Assembly: GCA_002633005.1 (NCBI GenBank)
Contig: NMRA01000507.1
Span: 252,285 to 316,284 of the forward strand
Reading direction: 5' to 3'
Source of the DNA: Phoronis australis
Lineage: Eukaryota > Animalia > Phoronida
Length of the DNA: 64,000 bases
The stretch's first letter is position 1. Every line of letters begins with the position of its first letter. Under the pieces are notes generated by a model. That model worked only from the letters and a program-made list of their open reading frames with translations. It was not told the DNA's origin and did no database searches. The position numbers and the translations under genes were made by a program. Below, piece by piece: positions 1-13,061 of this stretch.

Positions 1-2
1 TT

Positions 3-359
3 CTTGGAAGCATCGTTTTAGCTTTTCTAGGCACTATAATTTTCCGTGTAGCCTCCGAACCTCTACCACTATTCGGTAATATAGTGAACTTGTGCCCGGC
101 AGCGAAGACCTATGAGGCGCACGTCACGTCGGTATCGAACACATTTGTGCAGAACTTTTATAGTTTGAAATGGGCTAGAAGCGACATTGAATGCACCGTA
201 ATTTGCAAACGAGACTCAGAAAACTGTGTATCTGCTTTGTGGGACAATGCAGGCGGCACGTGTTATCTGTCCCGCTGTAATCTGAACTCCCAACGCCAGG
301 CTCTTTCGGAAGCCTCGAACACTGAAGGTAGAAAACTGATATCACTGGAACACAAGATG
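3..359 (+). CDS. Gene A exon 1 (5' partial): signal-peptide-like stretch plus PAN/apple domain
   Basis: The frame is open from base 3: LGSIVLAFLGTIIFRVAS (hydrophobic core), then SDIECTVICKRDSENCVSALWDNAGGTCYLS, the PAN pattern C-x3-C-x6-C-x-S-x9-C-x-L. It ends at a phase-0 donor ATG|GTAAGT (360). The start codon is outside the window. Confidence 0.8.
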
Positions 360-1386
360 GTAAGTCGATTTTGATCTTCAGAGTCCCGCTAAGAATCGCA
401 TGTACAGTCATGCTAGAGGTCTGCAGAAACGTTATTTTGTGAATTTTCATTGCCATGAGGTCAACAAGATTGGACCTGGGAAAACTCTTCAACCAGCGTA
501 CATTTATTTGGTGCATATTCTCGTCCTATGGCCCCCCTACCGATTACGATTTTCATTGACAGGCAAATCACTCAGTTATGCCTCGGACCTGCTAGATTTT
601 TTTCTTTAGAGAAACGTCTATATTCTATAATTGACCATGCAAATCTCTCAATACCTTACCACGCCAAAAACACTGTGATTTTTCTGAAATATTATTTTGC
701 TTCGTGTTATGTAATTTTTGCTGTGATTTTTTATTAAAGTTATACAATTCTATTTTATAGCCCCTCAGGCGAAAGGGCATTAAACAATCATAAAAGCCTT
801 TTTGAGAAAAGCGCATAAAGCACTGTGTGTAAACGTTAGTATTAATCCAAGCTGCAGCATGATGTTCGAGCTGTTTCTAGGGAGATGGTTGTAGTGAAGT
901 AGGCTGTACAGATAAAAATACTACAAAGATTCACCCGCCCATTCGTTATCTTGTTAACGCTTTCAACCTTCATGGTTTGGGGGTCATTTTCAAACTGAAG
1001 TATGTCCCGTACCTGGACGTGTTACGCCACCATAGAAGTAGATTGAGTTACAAATTTGATTCCTCCAAAGAATGGCGTTTCATGCTGTGTCCAGTTAATA
1101 TTGTTCATGTCTCTGTTCAGCTCGAATTACCAATCATTTTGATACAGATACATTTTCGTATCCGCCGAATAAAACTGATGTTGTTGTTCATGATAAAACC
1201 ATTTTCACAACCGACTGTTTGGTAATTGCTGAGTCCCACAAGAAGTTTCTATACGTCATCCGTTGAACACGGTTGAAGTGTTTGTTACTTTCCTGCCCTA
1301 CCTCCTTGCCGTGTTCCGCAATGCTAAATGTTTTATCGGTTTACCGATGAACGCACTCCTTTGATCGAAATGAATTTGTTTGTTAG

Positions 1387-1486
1387 GTAACAGGTGATAA
1401 CAGCGAAGAATGCATTGCCAAGAACTGTTCAGCGGGACCCGCTTATTGTCGTAAAGAGTGTGATAACAACACTGCCACGTGTCTCG
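1387..1486 (+). CDS. Gene A exon 2: small Cys-rich (EGF-like?) linker
   Basis: TTTGTTAG| acceptor and G|GTAAGT donor. Reads VTGDNSEECIAKNCSAGPAYCRKECDNNTATCL. Its phase 0 to phase 1 bridges exon 1 and exon 3 exactly. Confidence 0.7.
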
Positions 1487-2149
1487 GTAAGTTCACCCAT
1501 ACTCTTCCACTGTCTCTAGGTAAAGAGATGTCATGCCATCTTGCGTTTAGGCACGAGCCAACCAGGCATTTCTGATAAAGTAACCCTTCTGTCACACCAA
1601 AATGGAAGCAGTCATGCATCATAAAGGTAAGGACACTATTGCATCCGCGAAGATTATTTGTTAAAAGGATACTAGGCCATGTTTTGATGATTTCCATCAA
1701 TCTCATTTTGCAATATGCTAAAGCATCATTGGTGTCAATCTGTCAAACTAAACGCAAGAATCGATAAAAAACTCATACTTTTTATTTCAGAGTTTGGACA
1801 CTAGGTCCCTTCTGGATGTTCTATTCCTACAGTTGTCGTGTAATTCTCTAAAAGCGTTTGTTACGCTTGCTGCTTTAGCAGACTTTAAAAGGGGTTTTCA
1901 AAATTTCCTCGAAACTTTTGAGAGTTGTCTAGGCTTACGGAACATAATTTTGTTTCAAAAAACTTGGTGCGAAAGTCGTTTTTAGTTTTTGTTAATAGGC
2001 CTGATTTCCTTTTAAGCGTTTTAAAACGCCACCACTTTCGTATTTCCTCCATGTGAGCACACTGTTAAAACCCTAAAACATTACTTTGCCTAATAACAGT
2101 TCCTAATTTTCAAACGAAACATACTTGGACTTTCAGGTGACATAGCAAC

Positions 2150-3650
2150 GAGCGTAAGAAAAACAAGCTATTTTGCATCCACGTATCTAACCTGTACCTT
2201 TTCTAAATTTTTCTTAATAAAAGTCACGTGGACATAATCAGAAATGTGTTTTGTTCAACATTGAAGTTACAAAATAGAATGATTAAAAATTTTGCTTGTT
2301 ACTGTACTTCCTTATGAAGAAGGAGGGTTAAAATATCTTAATTTGGAAATAATTAGAAATATTCTCATGTTCAATTGGATCAAACGCTTATATCCAAAAG
2401 AAAACAGTAGTTAGAGATTATATCCCAAATCTGTAATTGCTAAGTTGAGCGATGTTGAATTTTTTTTTCAAATTTTCGCTGAAGAAATTTGAAAAGTAAT
2501 AGAAAACAAATCATTTTTTGTCGGGAACTGTTTGAAGTGGGACTTTTATTTTGTGAAGATTTTCAAGATAGTGAAAATAAATTTTTGGTTGGCAATTTAT
2601 TAAAAAAGTATTTTGGTTGGCAATTTATTAAAAAAGTACAATCTGAAGAATTTCTGCGTATTGTCGCACAGTGCGGTGATTAATGCAATGAAGAAACACA
2701 TGGCGATCTATAATAAAGTTATATTGGCAGTAACAACTTTCATTTAATAAATTATGACAATTGTAACAATGTTAACACAACTCCAATTTGCATACATGTG
2801 CACAAAACCCCGATAATTATGTACAATTAAGTGATTATTACACGGAAAAAGAAATAAAAGAACTATATTATTATCATTATAGACCCTTCACCCTTCCCAT
2901 TCATCCAGAATTAAAGAATTCTAGATAACTCTTTCAGACATAAAAGAATATTTATATGACTTTAGATAAGATTGGAGTTGTTTAAACTGATAAGTGTCTA
3001 TATTGTGAGCAGACACGGACATTCCAGTCTTCATATCTGGGATAGTATACATTTTTTTCAGAACCCCAAATCAGATCACAAATTAGTTTGCAACACCATT
3101 TATACATTCGCATTTTCTTCATCTACTGGACAACACAGGTGGAAAAGTTTCCATTTTTAATAATTTCAAACTGAAGTTACACGTGTTTATAAGCACTATT
3201 CTAACAGATAACACGGAGAAAAATCTAGACAAATGGAGAGGTCTGCAAGCATGTCTTTAGTTATTTTCCTGGAAATGTACTGAAATCAACCGTTTTTATT
3301 TTTTAAGTTATATTGACATTTAAACTCTTAGTACAGAGATGTAACACAATGTTATGAATTGGATAATGATTTTCGTATCGATTTATTTTTATATGTGTTT
3401 GAGTATATACCAGTCCATTGTATATAAGCCTCTTTATCATTTAAGCTCGTTCATCGTGTACAAACGGCGTGAATGTGAGTATGAAAGGTGCACGAAAGAT
3501 TGTCCCCTTTACCCTTTTCTCTGTTAATTTACATTTATAGCAACTTATGTGTTGAATACTTATTGTTTTGTGAAGGCTAGATCCGAGGCTTCCAGCCTCA
3601 GACTAGCCTTTATTTTTTGGGCAATTAATCTATTTAAAAAAAAGAATAAA
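2150..3650 (+). mobile_element. Decayed 3' part of an L1/Tx1-clade LINE
   Basis: LPYEEGGLKYLNLEIIRNILMFNWIKRL at about 2308-2390, a CLYCE zinc-knuckle remnant near 2995, KNLDKW near the end of ORF2, and an A-rich tail near 3635-3650. Many stops; boundaries approximate. Confidence 0.7.
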
Positions 3651-5012
3651 CGAGTTCAGCAATCCCAAAATTGTGAAACGTAAATAGGCAGTATCTTGGC
3701 AAAACACATCATATTTTCAAGCTGTCCTGTATACAGTAGTCCTTGACGTACGAAACGAGTCTATATATCATTGGCACATAACAGTGCATGCTTTAAATTA
3801 TGGAGGGCATCAACTCTGATCATGGTTTTATTTAAGTGAATTGGCTATGGGTGCATGCGCTTCATTCCGTATAAATGCAGCACCTGTCGTTCCGAAGTTA
3901 GCGATTAACATCTTTCTAGTGGTTCTTCAAAATGCCGCCATTTCTGCAAAATTAAATATCTTTTCATTTCCTTAGCATAGTTAGGCGTTCAGGTGCATTT
4001 TTCTCAGAGCTTTTGTCGGAAATCAACGTAAGTGGCTCCTTGTCTGCGCTTAGATATATTAATATGGTTCATGCATATGAGTTTCCAATCCAAGTCCCCA
4101 CTTAATGACTCTTTTCGATTAACCAGTCGAGATTTCGAGTACAAACTCGAAATTTCAGGTTAAGACTCGAACTTTTAACTTCAGTACTGCCGGTCCGGTA
4201 GTACAAGTAACAGAAGGCTATTTGTCTGTTAAATCGTTGATGTCAAATTTGTTATTTCACGTGAAATAAACACACACTTCATGTGTTCATTTTTTTCGCA
4301 TTTCCGCAACAGATGCTGCCGCTTAGCCTTCTGAAGATTCGTGTAAATGGGCGTCTTAAAAATAGTTCACTCGTTATTTATGATAAATGTATTATACAGC
4401 GCACGCGGTGATATATCTCGATAAATGATATGCAAGTCGATTTAAACTCAGGCTTCGTCCTCCTTTAAAGCGGCTTGTACATCACGTATCTTGATCTAAT
4501 AACCCACAGTTATCATTACGTAGGTTAGATACCATATGTGTACCGTCAATGAAAAACGTTAAAACCGTCCTGGCACAATTAATATTCTCATTCCTTACAC
4601 TAGGTGGCGAATTCTGCCCAACTTTGACACTTCTTTCATCGGAGTTGCATGTCTTTGGTGTCATTTTTTCAAAAATAAACATGCAAATTATTTTACTTCT
4701 AGATGGCGGAAAGATAATTCAGTACGAAATATGACACATGCGTCAAGTTCAGTGTCATTCTAAATATCCTATATTGAAACGACCAGAATCTGCGGTCAAT
4801 CAAGGTCAGAAAGAGGTCGCTGTACGCCAAAGTGACTTGAAAAGGCGTTTTGAGCTGTTTTACAGCAACCCTGTGTCTTGGCAATAATTGAAATAGCTTA
4901 TAATATGCTTATCCATTATATCTGTTTTGAGTCACACGAACATAAAATGCATAAACAGCCGTGATAGTTAGTAAAATTTATCTATGCTCCACCGTGTACA
5001 TTTTTGTTGCAG

Positions 5013-5107
5013 CTACATTACAGAACTGTGCTGAAATCCCTGTCTCGAACATGCGGCATTTCCATTGGCAAAATTTTGAAAATCACGAAGATTCAGGGAC
5101 TTTGTTG
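5013..5107 (+). CDS. Gene A exon 3: CTHRC1-like domain 1, N-terminal exon
   Basis: TTGTTGCAG| ... TTG|GTATGT. Reads ATLQNCAEIPVSNMRHFHWQNFENHEDSGTLL, matching the CTHRC1 N-x5-W-x6-7-D-x-G-x-I segment. Phase 1 to 0. Confidence 0.75.
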
Positions 5108-5239
5108 GTATGTTCGCTCCATTTTGGTCATTGTACTCTGTTGTAAAGAATTGTCCGTGTACCGTTCTGAACACCCTGTCTGTTTTGTTTGACAACAACA
5201 ATTTAGATCATGCCAAAATACACTTTTCCGGTACGATGA

Positions 5240-6080
5240 GATTTCTTGGCCGATAAAAGAAAGCTTTGACTGGGCGTCGCCGTCAAAAATCATCAATTTA
5301 AATGCACAGTCCGGCAAAGCCATAAAATTCTTCTCTGCTCAGTTGATTTCACAATCACAAGACGTCGGCATACTATAGGGCGACGTTGTTTGATATCCGC
5401 TCGATAACCTACACAATTCCGCCCAATTTCAAGTAGTCGATTGACGTCAACGGCCATCGCTCGATGTCTGATCGATGTCCGGCAGATTCATGCAGAATTG
5501 TCTGCTGAATCATGTTGCAACAGGCTAGACCAGCACCAGTTGTGCCTCTGTAGCCGCTAAAAGCTCTCCGATAAAAATTCCTCCCGGTAGTACGTGGCTT
5601 TTTGGATAAAGTATACGCCATCTGCTGTATCGGCCAAACATCACTCGGTATGTGACTTATGACTATAGCAAATGACGGACGATGTCCGCCAACACGCCGA
5701 TTGAGTATATCCCGAGGACGTAGCATGACTGGGCGATTTCATCGGATCAGCAATGCATAGAAGTTCCGAGGTGGAATCGATAAGTTTCCAGAGAAAAGGG
5801 TTAGTACTGCCGATAATTGATCGATGATCAGATGGAAGATTTTCGATGGTATCGGCCTGGCGTCTAGGTCTAAATCAGCAATCGACGCATAATGGGGAAT
5901 AATTAAAAAATTCCGAATTCGAAGTTGCAGGACGAAGACAGATCTTGTTGAATTTGGTTTGGTATCGATCGGTGATCGGCTGCAGATTACTCAGCCGATT
6001 TTGATTAGTCGACCGACGTCAACAGCAAACGGCCGATCTCAATCGAAGTCCGATGAATGTCTGCCCGATTTGTTAGCCTA
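5240..6080. mobile_element. Probable non-autonomous DNA element rich in ATCGGCCGA/TCGAT motifs (Harbinger-like style)
   Basis: CpG-rich island of repeated atcgg/ccgat/tcgat words, unlike its flanks. Termini are not resolved and the family assignment is tentative. Confidence 0.35.
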
Positions 6081-7165
6081 CATGATCTTCTGTTGGTTGT
6101 TGTCTCGGTATGCGGTGTTGCATTAATTTCACATCTTTCATATGTGAGCTCTGCTCGCAATCCGTGCCAATCATGCTAAGCCACCAGGACAGAACACGAT
6201 CTGCGAGATTGGACAATGTCTCCGATGCCTGGACTTGAGTCATGTCAGATCAGAAACAGGTTGTTTCAAAAGACGTAATGTATCCTTATCTAATTGTTTT
6301 CATTCTGCATTGTGTAGCACCTTTCTGTAAAGACCGCACTTGTGACTCGTGGTAATAGCCGGTCCTTTTTCGCCAATGCCTGTCATTTTCAAGTCGGAGT
6401 TTGCTGTAGCGGAAGACACAGAAGAAGAAGATATCTTATCGATGACTGTGCGATAAATAAAGTTTAAATTTTGCCCAATAGTGTTCCAACCATTAGGGTT
6501 TCGTTTCGTTTTCTGTTGGCCGACATATCTTCCCTACATTTAAGTATTGCTACAACAACGTTTTGCTTCCCGGCAGTCGTGGAGGCATTTAGGACTATTA
6601 CAAGGACGTCTTACATGTGGGATTTTCTTTCCAAAACATTATTAAGTGATAGTCATTTGAAAAATGTGAATTCATGCAAACACGACAATACCTTTGACGA
6701 CCACGCAATTGTCCGAACTTGCATCGTTTCCTAGTTACCACCGCCCGCTCAATGGGACAACTGCTTATGGTAATAGGCAAGTGGATGTAGTTATTGACTT
6801 TCTTATACATACTGGCAACCACAATAGGATTGCTGTTTTGAGACGCGAAGGAAAATGCTAACACTTCGACAGAACAGAAGTGTGTAGAATGCCTGTTTTT
6901 TGACAAATAACTTTTCTCGCTTTATTACTAAACTAATTATCAATTAACTCCTCTCGTGCACAAAAATGCTTCGATATAAATTAATGGGTACTTTATCTAA
7001 CCTAACCCCTGCTGCCAACGATCAAGCATACCTGCATTGTACTGGCTGACACTAACAAATCTGGTACGTTAATAATTGCAGCGCGTTGCACTTCATCTTT
7101 AAATTCATTGAACATGGCACAGTACCCGTTCGATAGGATGTCTAAATGTCTGTATGTTGTTATAG

Positions 7166-7364
7166 AGTGTAGTCTACAGGAAAAAGTACAACTCAACTGG
7201 CCTGAGAGTTCAGTTCCGCGGAGTTTTACGAAGTGGTAAAACTATGAATTCCAGCTGCAGCCGATGGTACTACAGGTTTGACAACAAAGAGTGTCAAAAT
7301 CCAGGAACTATAGAAATGGTGTGGCTTAATGGTTTATCCTCGGACTATTATAGGCCTTCTCACG
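7166..7364 (+). CDS. Gene A exon 4: CTHRC1-like domain 1, middle exon
   Basis: TTATAG| ... G|GTAAGA. Reads SVVYRKKYNSTGLRVQFRGVLRSGKTMNSSCSRWYYRFDNKECQNPGTIEMVWLNGLSSDYYRPSH, aligning to CTHRC1 LRVxFxGxLR..C.RWYFxFNGxEC..P..IE. Missed by the ORF track. Confidence 0.88.
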
Positions 7365-8471
7365 GTAAGACACTAGCTCGTTTGAAACGTTAGGTTTTTT
7401 ACCTCTGCCAATAAAGTTGAGGGTTGCGTTATCAGTTTAGATATAATTTGATGCCGTATCAAAAAAAAATAAAGTAAAATAAGAAAATGTAAAACGTTAT
7501 GAAGGTGAATTTATTTTACTTTGTTCTCGTTTTTCCTGATCATGACGTATGCTGAGTGCTTTTGTCAGCCGCAGGCACTGTTCCTCGTTCGTTCCCCATA
7601 TATCAATGTTCTGCATTGCAAGTTGCCTACCCAACTTGTTTATACGGGTGCACAAAAGCGGGCTACTATTTTGAAACTTGAAATCTGTCTTCCATTGATT
7701 GAATGGTGTTTGTGTCATCTCGGTATTACTAGCTCTGGTATTAAAGAGGCTTGGAATGCGAAAGCGTGTCAAAATATCTTTTAAACAAAAAACGAAAGTA
7801 CCATCTCGCAACGTCGAGCACAAATTAATTCACTTCCGCAATGAGGAAATTTCGAGAATTAAATCACCAAATCTACGGTTTTTGAAATATGCGGGAAGAA
7901 AAATTCTGTGGTTACCACAGACTTTTTAATCTCCCCCCAATAATGATAAATGCATGCATGTACTCACAGTTAGTTGCTTGAAGTCGCTTGAGCTAAAAGG
8001 TCGCTTTTACATAGAAGGAACATGGGCTACGTCTATGTCTTGCCAACCACATAAGGTTGCGTGCTTTGCCTTTTGGGAGAAAATTCGACGAAGTGACAAG
8101 CAGTTGACAGATCATTTTTTAAATTTGGAACTAAAAGAAATTGATTTGTTATGAACAGAAATTAAAAAATATTTACGAGCAAACTTTAAAAATACCTAGC
8201 GAGCAAGTTGAATCCTGTTTCAGTGGGAGAGAGCCAATTTCAATACTACAACTTATTTTGTTTATCGCGTTCCAGGCCTCTTTAAGGGAAAAAATAACAC
8301 TAGTAATAGGATAATTGGTCGCCATTGTACTTTTAAGATGACTTCTTGGGAAAATGAACCTATAAAATCGCTAAATGGTAAATTATGAATTGTTTCTTTT
8401 AAAGGAACACAATAAGTAGTTCTGAAGTAGTGCAACCACATTTAAGATGTTTTTACGCGTTAATGTTGTAG

Positions 8472-8627
8472 TTGACGGCATTTGTGAAGGTCTGCTTGCC
8501 GGGGACATTAACATCACGTTTGACGTTGGAAATTGTGCGGGATACCTTGTATCGGATAGTGCAGTTGGATTGCCAGGAGTGGGAGTCTCGCTTACAGTCG
8601 AGGAAAACCACTTAGGTTCTAGTTTGG
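8472..8627 (+). CDS. Gene A exon 5: CTHRC1-like domain 1, C-terminal exon
   Basis: TTGTAG| then VDGICEGLLAGDINITFDVGNCAGYLVSDSAVGLPGVGVSLTVEENHLGSSL (CTHRC1 EGLCEGIGAG..VGxC..D..G..IEE). Phase-1 donor G|GTAAGG at 8628. Confidence 0.85.
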
Positions 8628-11049
8628 GTAAGGATTTTGCAACAAGAACAGTTTATGTTAACAACTTGATGATTTCAAACCAGGTTAGGGGGGAGGGAGA
8701 TTTTTTAAGAAAATTTCTAAGGAAACTGACAATTTTTAAACAAGTTAAGGAATAAAAGTAATCAATTTTGGCCCCTATTGTGTAAGAAAAGAGACTAGTG
8801 GTAGATTTATTCTAATCACTTTTCCAGCAGATGAGTGGCCTTGCAAGAGATGTAAAGAAAATTTACACCTTTTGATCTTGAATTCGCTAAATTAAACTTG
8901 TGTTTTTCTAAGGTTTGTTTAACCTCATCATTTGGTAAAAAATTTGGTTTGCATTAAGTTTCGTTTCATTATGTTTTTATTCAAAAAGACTGGAGAAGAA
9001 TCTCAAGTAAGTATTTTTAATGTGAGTAAACTAATTTACGAAGCAACAGGGACATTTTATTCGTGCGAAATAAACAACAAAGTTCTAATATCGATATTCA
9101 AACGTAGTAAAAACATTAATTGTCATAGACTGACAATTTTTTAATAACGCAATTTTTTAATTATGACCAATAACGCGAGAATATGTGAGACTTAAGTATG
9201 ACGTCACCGGAAGTTTGGCAAAAGCTGGTCGTTTAGCCATTTGCCCTATACGGTAGCAGAGTGTATTCTGTTCAGTTTACTTCGATTTTTTGGAAACTGC
9301 CAAGTACGTACTGCTGTTATGGCAAATGTAAATCATATTCGTACTGAAATACGTTCCATCGCGTTCTGTACTAATTCCGTCCCTGTAATTTAGACGGGCG
9401 GTAGGCGAAATCTGATCACAGATTAAGTTTTCACCTCGTCAAAATACATTCTACACTTACATTGTCACTTAAAAAGGCACTTACTTTCTTCAATGATCTT
9501 TTGTGTTTCTAAACATATGTTTGATAAAGCATAGCTATGAGAATTCATGTGACTTTGGAGAAGAATTCCAGCTCCACTTTTTGGTTACGGTTAACTTTTT
9601 TATCGGGCGCACGCGTAATCCACGAAGTATTTCAACTTAATCAGGTGAGTATGAGGCAAAGGCTAACGCGAGACCGAGCAAAGCGCGTGACCTGGCGCGT
9701 GACACTTGCGAAATAGCATGGGAAGATATCAAGTGAAATATGTAATATTTGTGGTCCTTGGACTTTTAGTTCGTCAACAGACGTGATTTCACGTAATTTT
9801 CTCAAAATGGCGCCCGGTGAGAGAAACTCGAGCGAATCGCGAGTTTTTTATGAATACATGTATGTTTAAGTTATTTGTATCCAGAGTCGTGGTATGTGTT
9901 AATTATAACTCCATGTGCACATACGCATGTTTCATTTGATTTTATTTGCTGTATTTTGAAATTCGTAACTTGTGTATGTACTATCGCCCCAGTATGCCTG
10001 CGCCATTCAGGCCTAGCCCGGGTCGAGTTCCAATTTCAGTCCTTTCACAGCTTCGCACAACATAAGGAGTTCACATTTTCTTCTTCCATTCCAAGTTATT
10101 CCACGATCCATCTACCATCTCTTAAGTTAGGTTAACGTTTTAAGCCTAAAATTCTCCATAGGAACTCCAATAAGATTTAGCGTGTGTAGCAAGGACTCGG
10201 GGCAAAACAAGGGCAATATGGCGGGTTTTACCCTACATCTGGTGACGTCACAACTGGAAACTCGCAAGTGACCTATTGATCTACTAGCAGAGCAGGCTCT
10301 GCAGACCAAGTGTCTAGCATGAAAAAAGAAATCGTGCAAATCCAAGCAAAATTACACGAGTGAAAGGCGAGTATTTCGCGAGTACGCTCGAGACTGCTAC
10401 CGCAAAATGGCCGCCACTGAAATGATTGGTCAGTGAGTTTAGAATGTTCAATTAGGAAACAAAATACATTAATTATGGGACCGAAATCAGTGCTTCAATT
10501 CCACACAAGCGAAGGTTTTCGCCGCAAGTGCATGACTAATGACTCGTTAGAACGGAACGACAACCACGCCTCAATATCAGCCAATGTAAAGTAAGTTGAG
10601 TGCTATACGACCTCTTGGTTATAGCAATAGAACCGCTCGCGATAGTCTTCCAACTCTAAGCATACACGTATATGAAAATCTTTGCAAAATTTATGTGTGA
10701 TCATTTGAGGGGAGCTTGAGTATTTCACCCTTATGTAACTCATATCGCAATCACGAAGTACAGAGCGCCTCTTTATGCGTTATCTCCCAACTAAAAAATT
10801 GCGCTAGAGTGCAAGAAGTTGCAGTACAACAACGCATGGACGTCAGACGAACAGAGACGGGCGCACAAAGCTGAGGAGAGAGAGCAAGCCTGTGACGCTG
10901 ATGCTTAGAGGAGCAGACTAGACCGTGAGACTGAGGGTCAGACGAAACAGGCTGAGACACAGAGGAAGGGTGAAAGAAAGGAACATCAGAGGGCCCAAAC
11001 AGCACTGAAATGTGAACAGTTTTCACAAAGCGGTAACCCTTAAAGGACT

Positions 11050-12750
11050 TCTGGTGGTGTCAAACTGAAGCTACACAAGTTAGATGAAAAGCATAATGGC
11101 ACGGGAAACTTTCTGGAAAGGTTTCAGATATTCGAGTCAGTCATGGAACCAGTAGGTCCTCTGTTAACGCCTCTACCGGAGATGGTCATCCTGGAAGTGA
11201 GAAACATTGAGGCCTTCGGAGTGGACATGAAAACACTCAATCATTTATGAAGTGGCCCGATGAACGTAGAGGGAAGCCAGACAACAAAAGGGTGGACCCG
11301 AAGAACACTGGTCTAGCAAAATCCAGAGGCTGTCGGAAGTGGACTCTTGGGAAACAACACCAGACGTCAGCCGTAGTTAACCGCCGAGGTCTCAAAGACG
11401 AGGAGAGAGATCCAATGAAGTGTACTAACCATGAACGCTCGTTCGAAGAAAAGGTACGTCTCAAAGGATGGACATGTCAGCACGCAGAAGGTGTCAGTGC
11501 TGAGAGATACAGTCATTCACCACCATTGTGGTTTGATTCAGTCTAGGCGAACCGGTAGTGGTCATATGAGTTGGCAGACTCAACCAAGAGAAGACTGTCT
11601 TTCGCCAACAGCAACACAGTGACACCGTAGTATACGGTACAAGTGTTTGCGATGTTTTTCTAGCGTCCAGTGACCGATTTGATCATCAGGGATTTGTAAC
11701 CAAGAGATGTCAAACTAGAACAAACAGCGACTACCGCTAACAGGGACGGGCCACGGGGAGATGACGCTTCCCAAGAGTAGGGCTCTGTGACCTCAACTCC
11801 ATAGGGGTTGAAGACAGTTGACAGCTCGGAAGCAGTTATGTGTCTACTAGAGCTCACGCAGATTGACGAAAGGATTGGCAATAAGCCGTTTGCTGTATCT
11901 AAAACCATACTGGAGTTCAAGGAAGCCCATCGAGAGGATTCATCCCAAAAAGCTGTGGGATTTATCCCAAAACAAGGTCGAACCAAAGACAAAAGGAAAG
12001 GGGTCATGCATGATGGACGTCTAGCAAGGGATGCGCTTTCGACTGGTGATGAGGTGAAATAGGTTGATTATGCCGTGCAAGTAATTGAAACCCGTGATGG
12101 GTGTTACCCACCTGTCTATACTTAAAAGAAATCTCGGGTGAGAGGAACAAATGACCGTATAACCAAGAGCTATCTACTGGCCATGGGGGCATCAGAAAGG
12201 TCCCGACTCTGCCAGGAGACGATTACAAAGGGCGAGTGATGAACTTTTCAAGATGGTAGCCATTGAACTGGTTGGTCATAAAGTTCCAGTGTCGGATAAG
12301 GGAAACATGTATATCCTTAGGGTTGTGGATTTCACTAGCAGATACCCTTAAGCAGTGGTACTACCAGAGACAGAGATATGGCACGTAGCCAATTAAATGT
12401 TAGGAGTGTTGCTCCGACTCAAGAGCCTAGGTGATCATAAAATGCAGGTCACAGAGCAGCTGATAAAGAACGTTTGTATGCTTGGGAGTGCAAAGTAGCT
12501 TCATGTGACCCACGCTTCGACGCGCTTTGAGAGAAGCAACCGTGCATTGAAGGCCAGCCGTCCTTTTCGCTTACCGAGAAGTCCTGGACTCAAGCACATT
12601 ATTTTCAACCTTTGAGTTGCTCTACGACAGGGCAGTAAGAGGTCCTAGGCAGACTCTGGCGAATTCTGTACTGGATAAGACAATACGATGATTTAAAATG
12701 CTTACTAGTATGTGCTCGAGCTAAGGAATCGTCTGGAGGAAACATGTAAC
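11050..12750 (+). mobile_element. Heavily decayed Gypsy LTR retrotransposon (gag to integrase)
   Basis: TGGTGTCA PBS-like word near 11056, a gag-like FLERF near 11110, and an integrase core LFKMVAIELVGHKVPVSDKGNMYILRVVDFTSRYP*AVVL at about 12244-12365 that parallels the element at 38.5-42.6 kb. Confidence 0.7.
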
Positions 12751-13061
12751 AGCTTATTACTTTAAATGACATTCTTTTTAATATGGCATCAGCAAAATTA
12801 ATTTATTTTCGAGCGCCAGAAGTGGGCCGTCCAAATATTAATATCGGTGCCCCGCTTTTTGTAGGCTCCAGGTGGAGCACCTATAATAACATAGGTCAAC
12901 TCACTTTTGAAGCTCAAAAGTAGAACTCTTGCCAATGTCATCTTAAGAAGAAGAAGGATAAGTCAAAACGACTTATTTTTATTGAAATGACATCAGCAAA
13001 AATTCAATTTCGAGCGTCACTTATGAAGCTCGAAATGTGATTTCTTGTTTATGTCCATGTG

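Noticed and set aside
3930-4030. Signal-peptide-like first exon for a stand-alone domain-1 gene (donor AC|GTAAGT)
   Set aside because: There is no in-frame ATG, there is an internal TAG, and the phase-2 donor is incompatible with the phase-1 acceptor at 5013. The candidate at about 28270-28358 has the same problems.
10130-10410. Similarity to 60255-60480 in inverted orientation as a large inversion boundary
   Set aside because: The match is short and diverged, and best explained as two old copies of a dispersed repeat.
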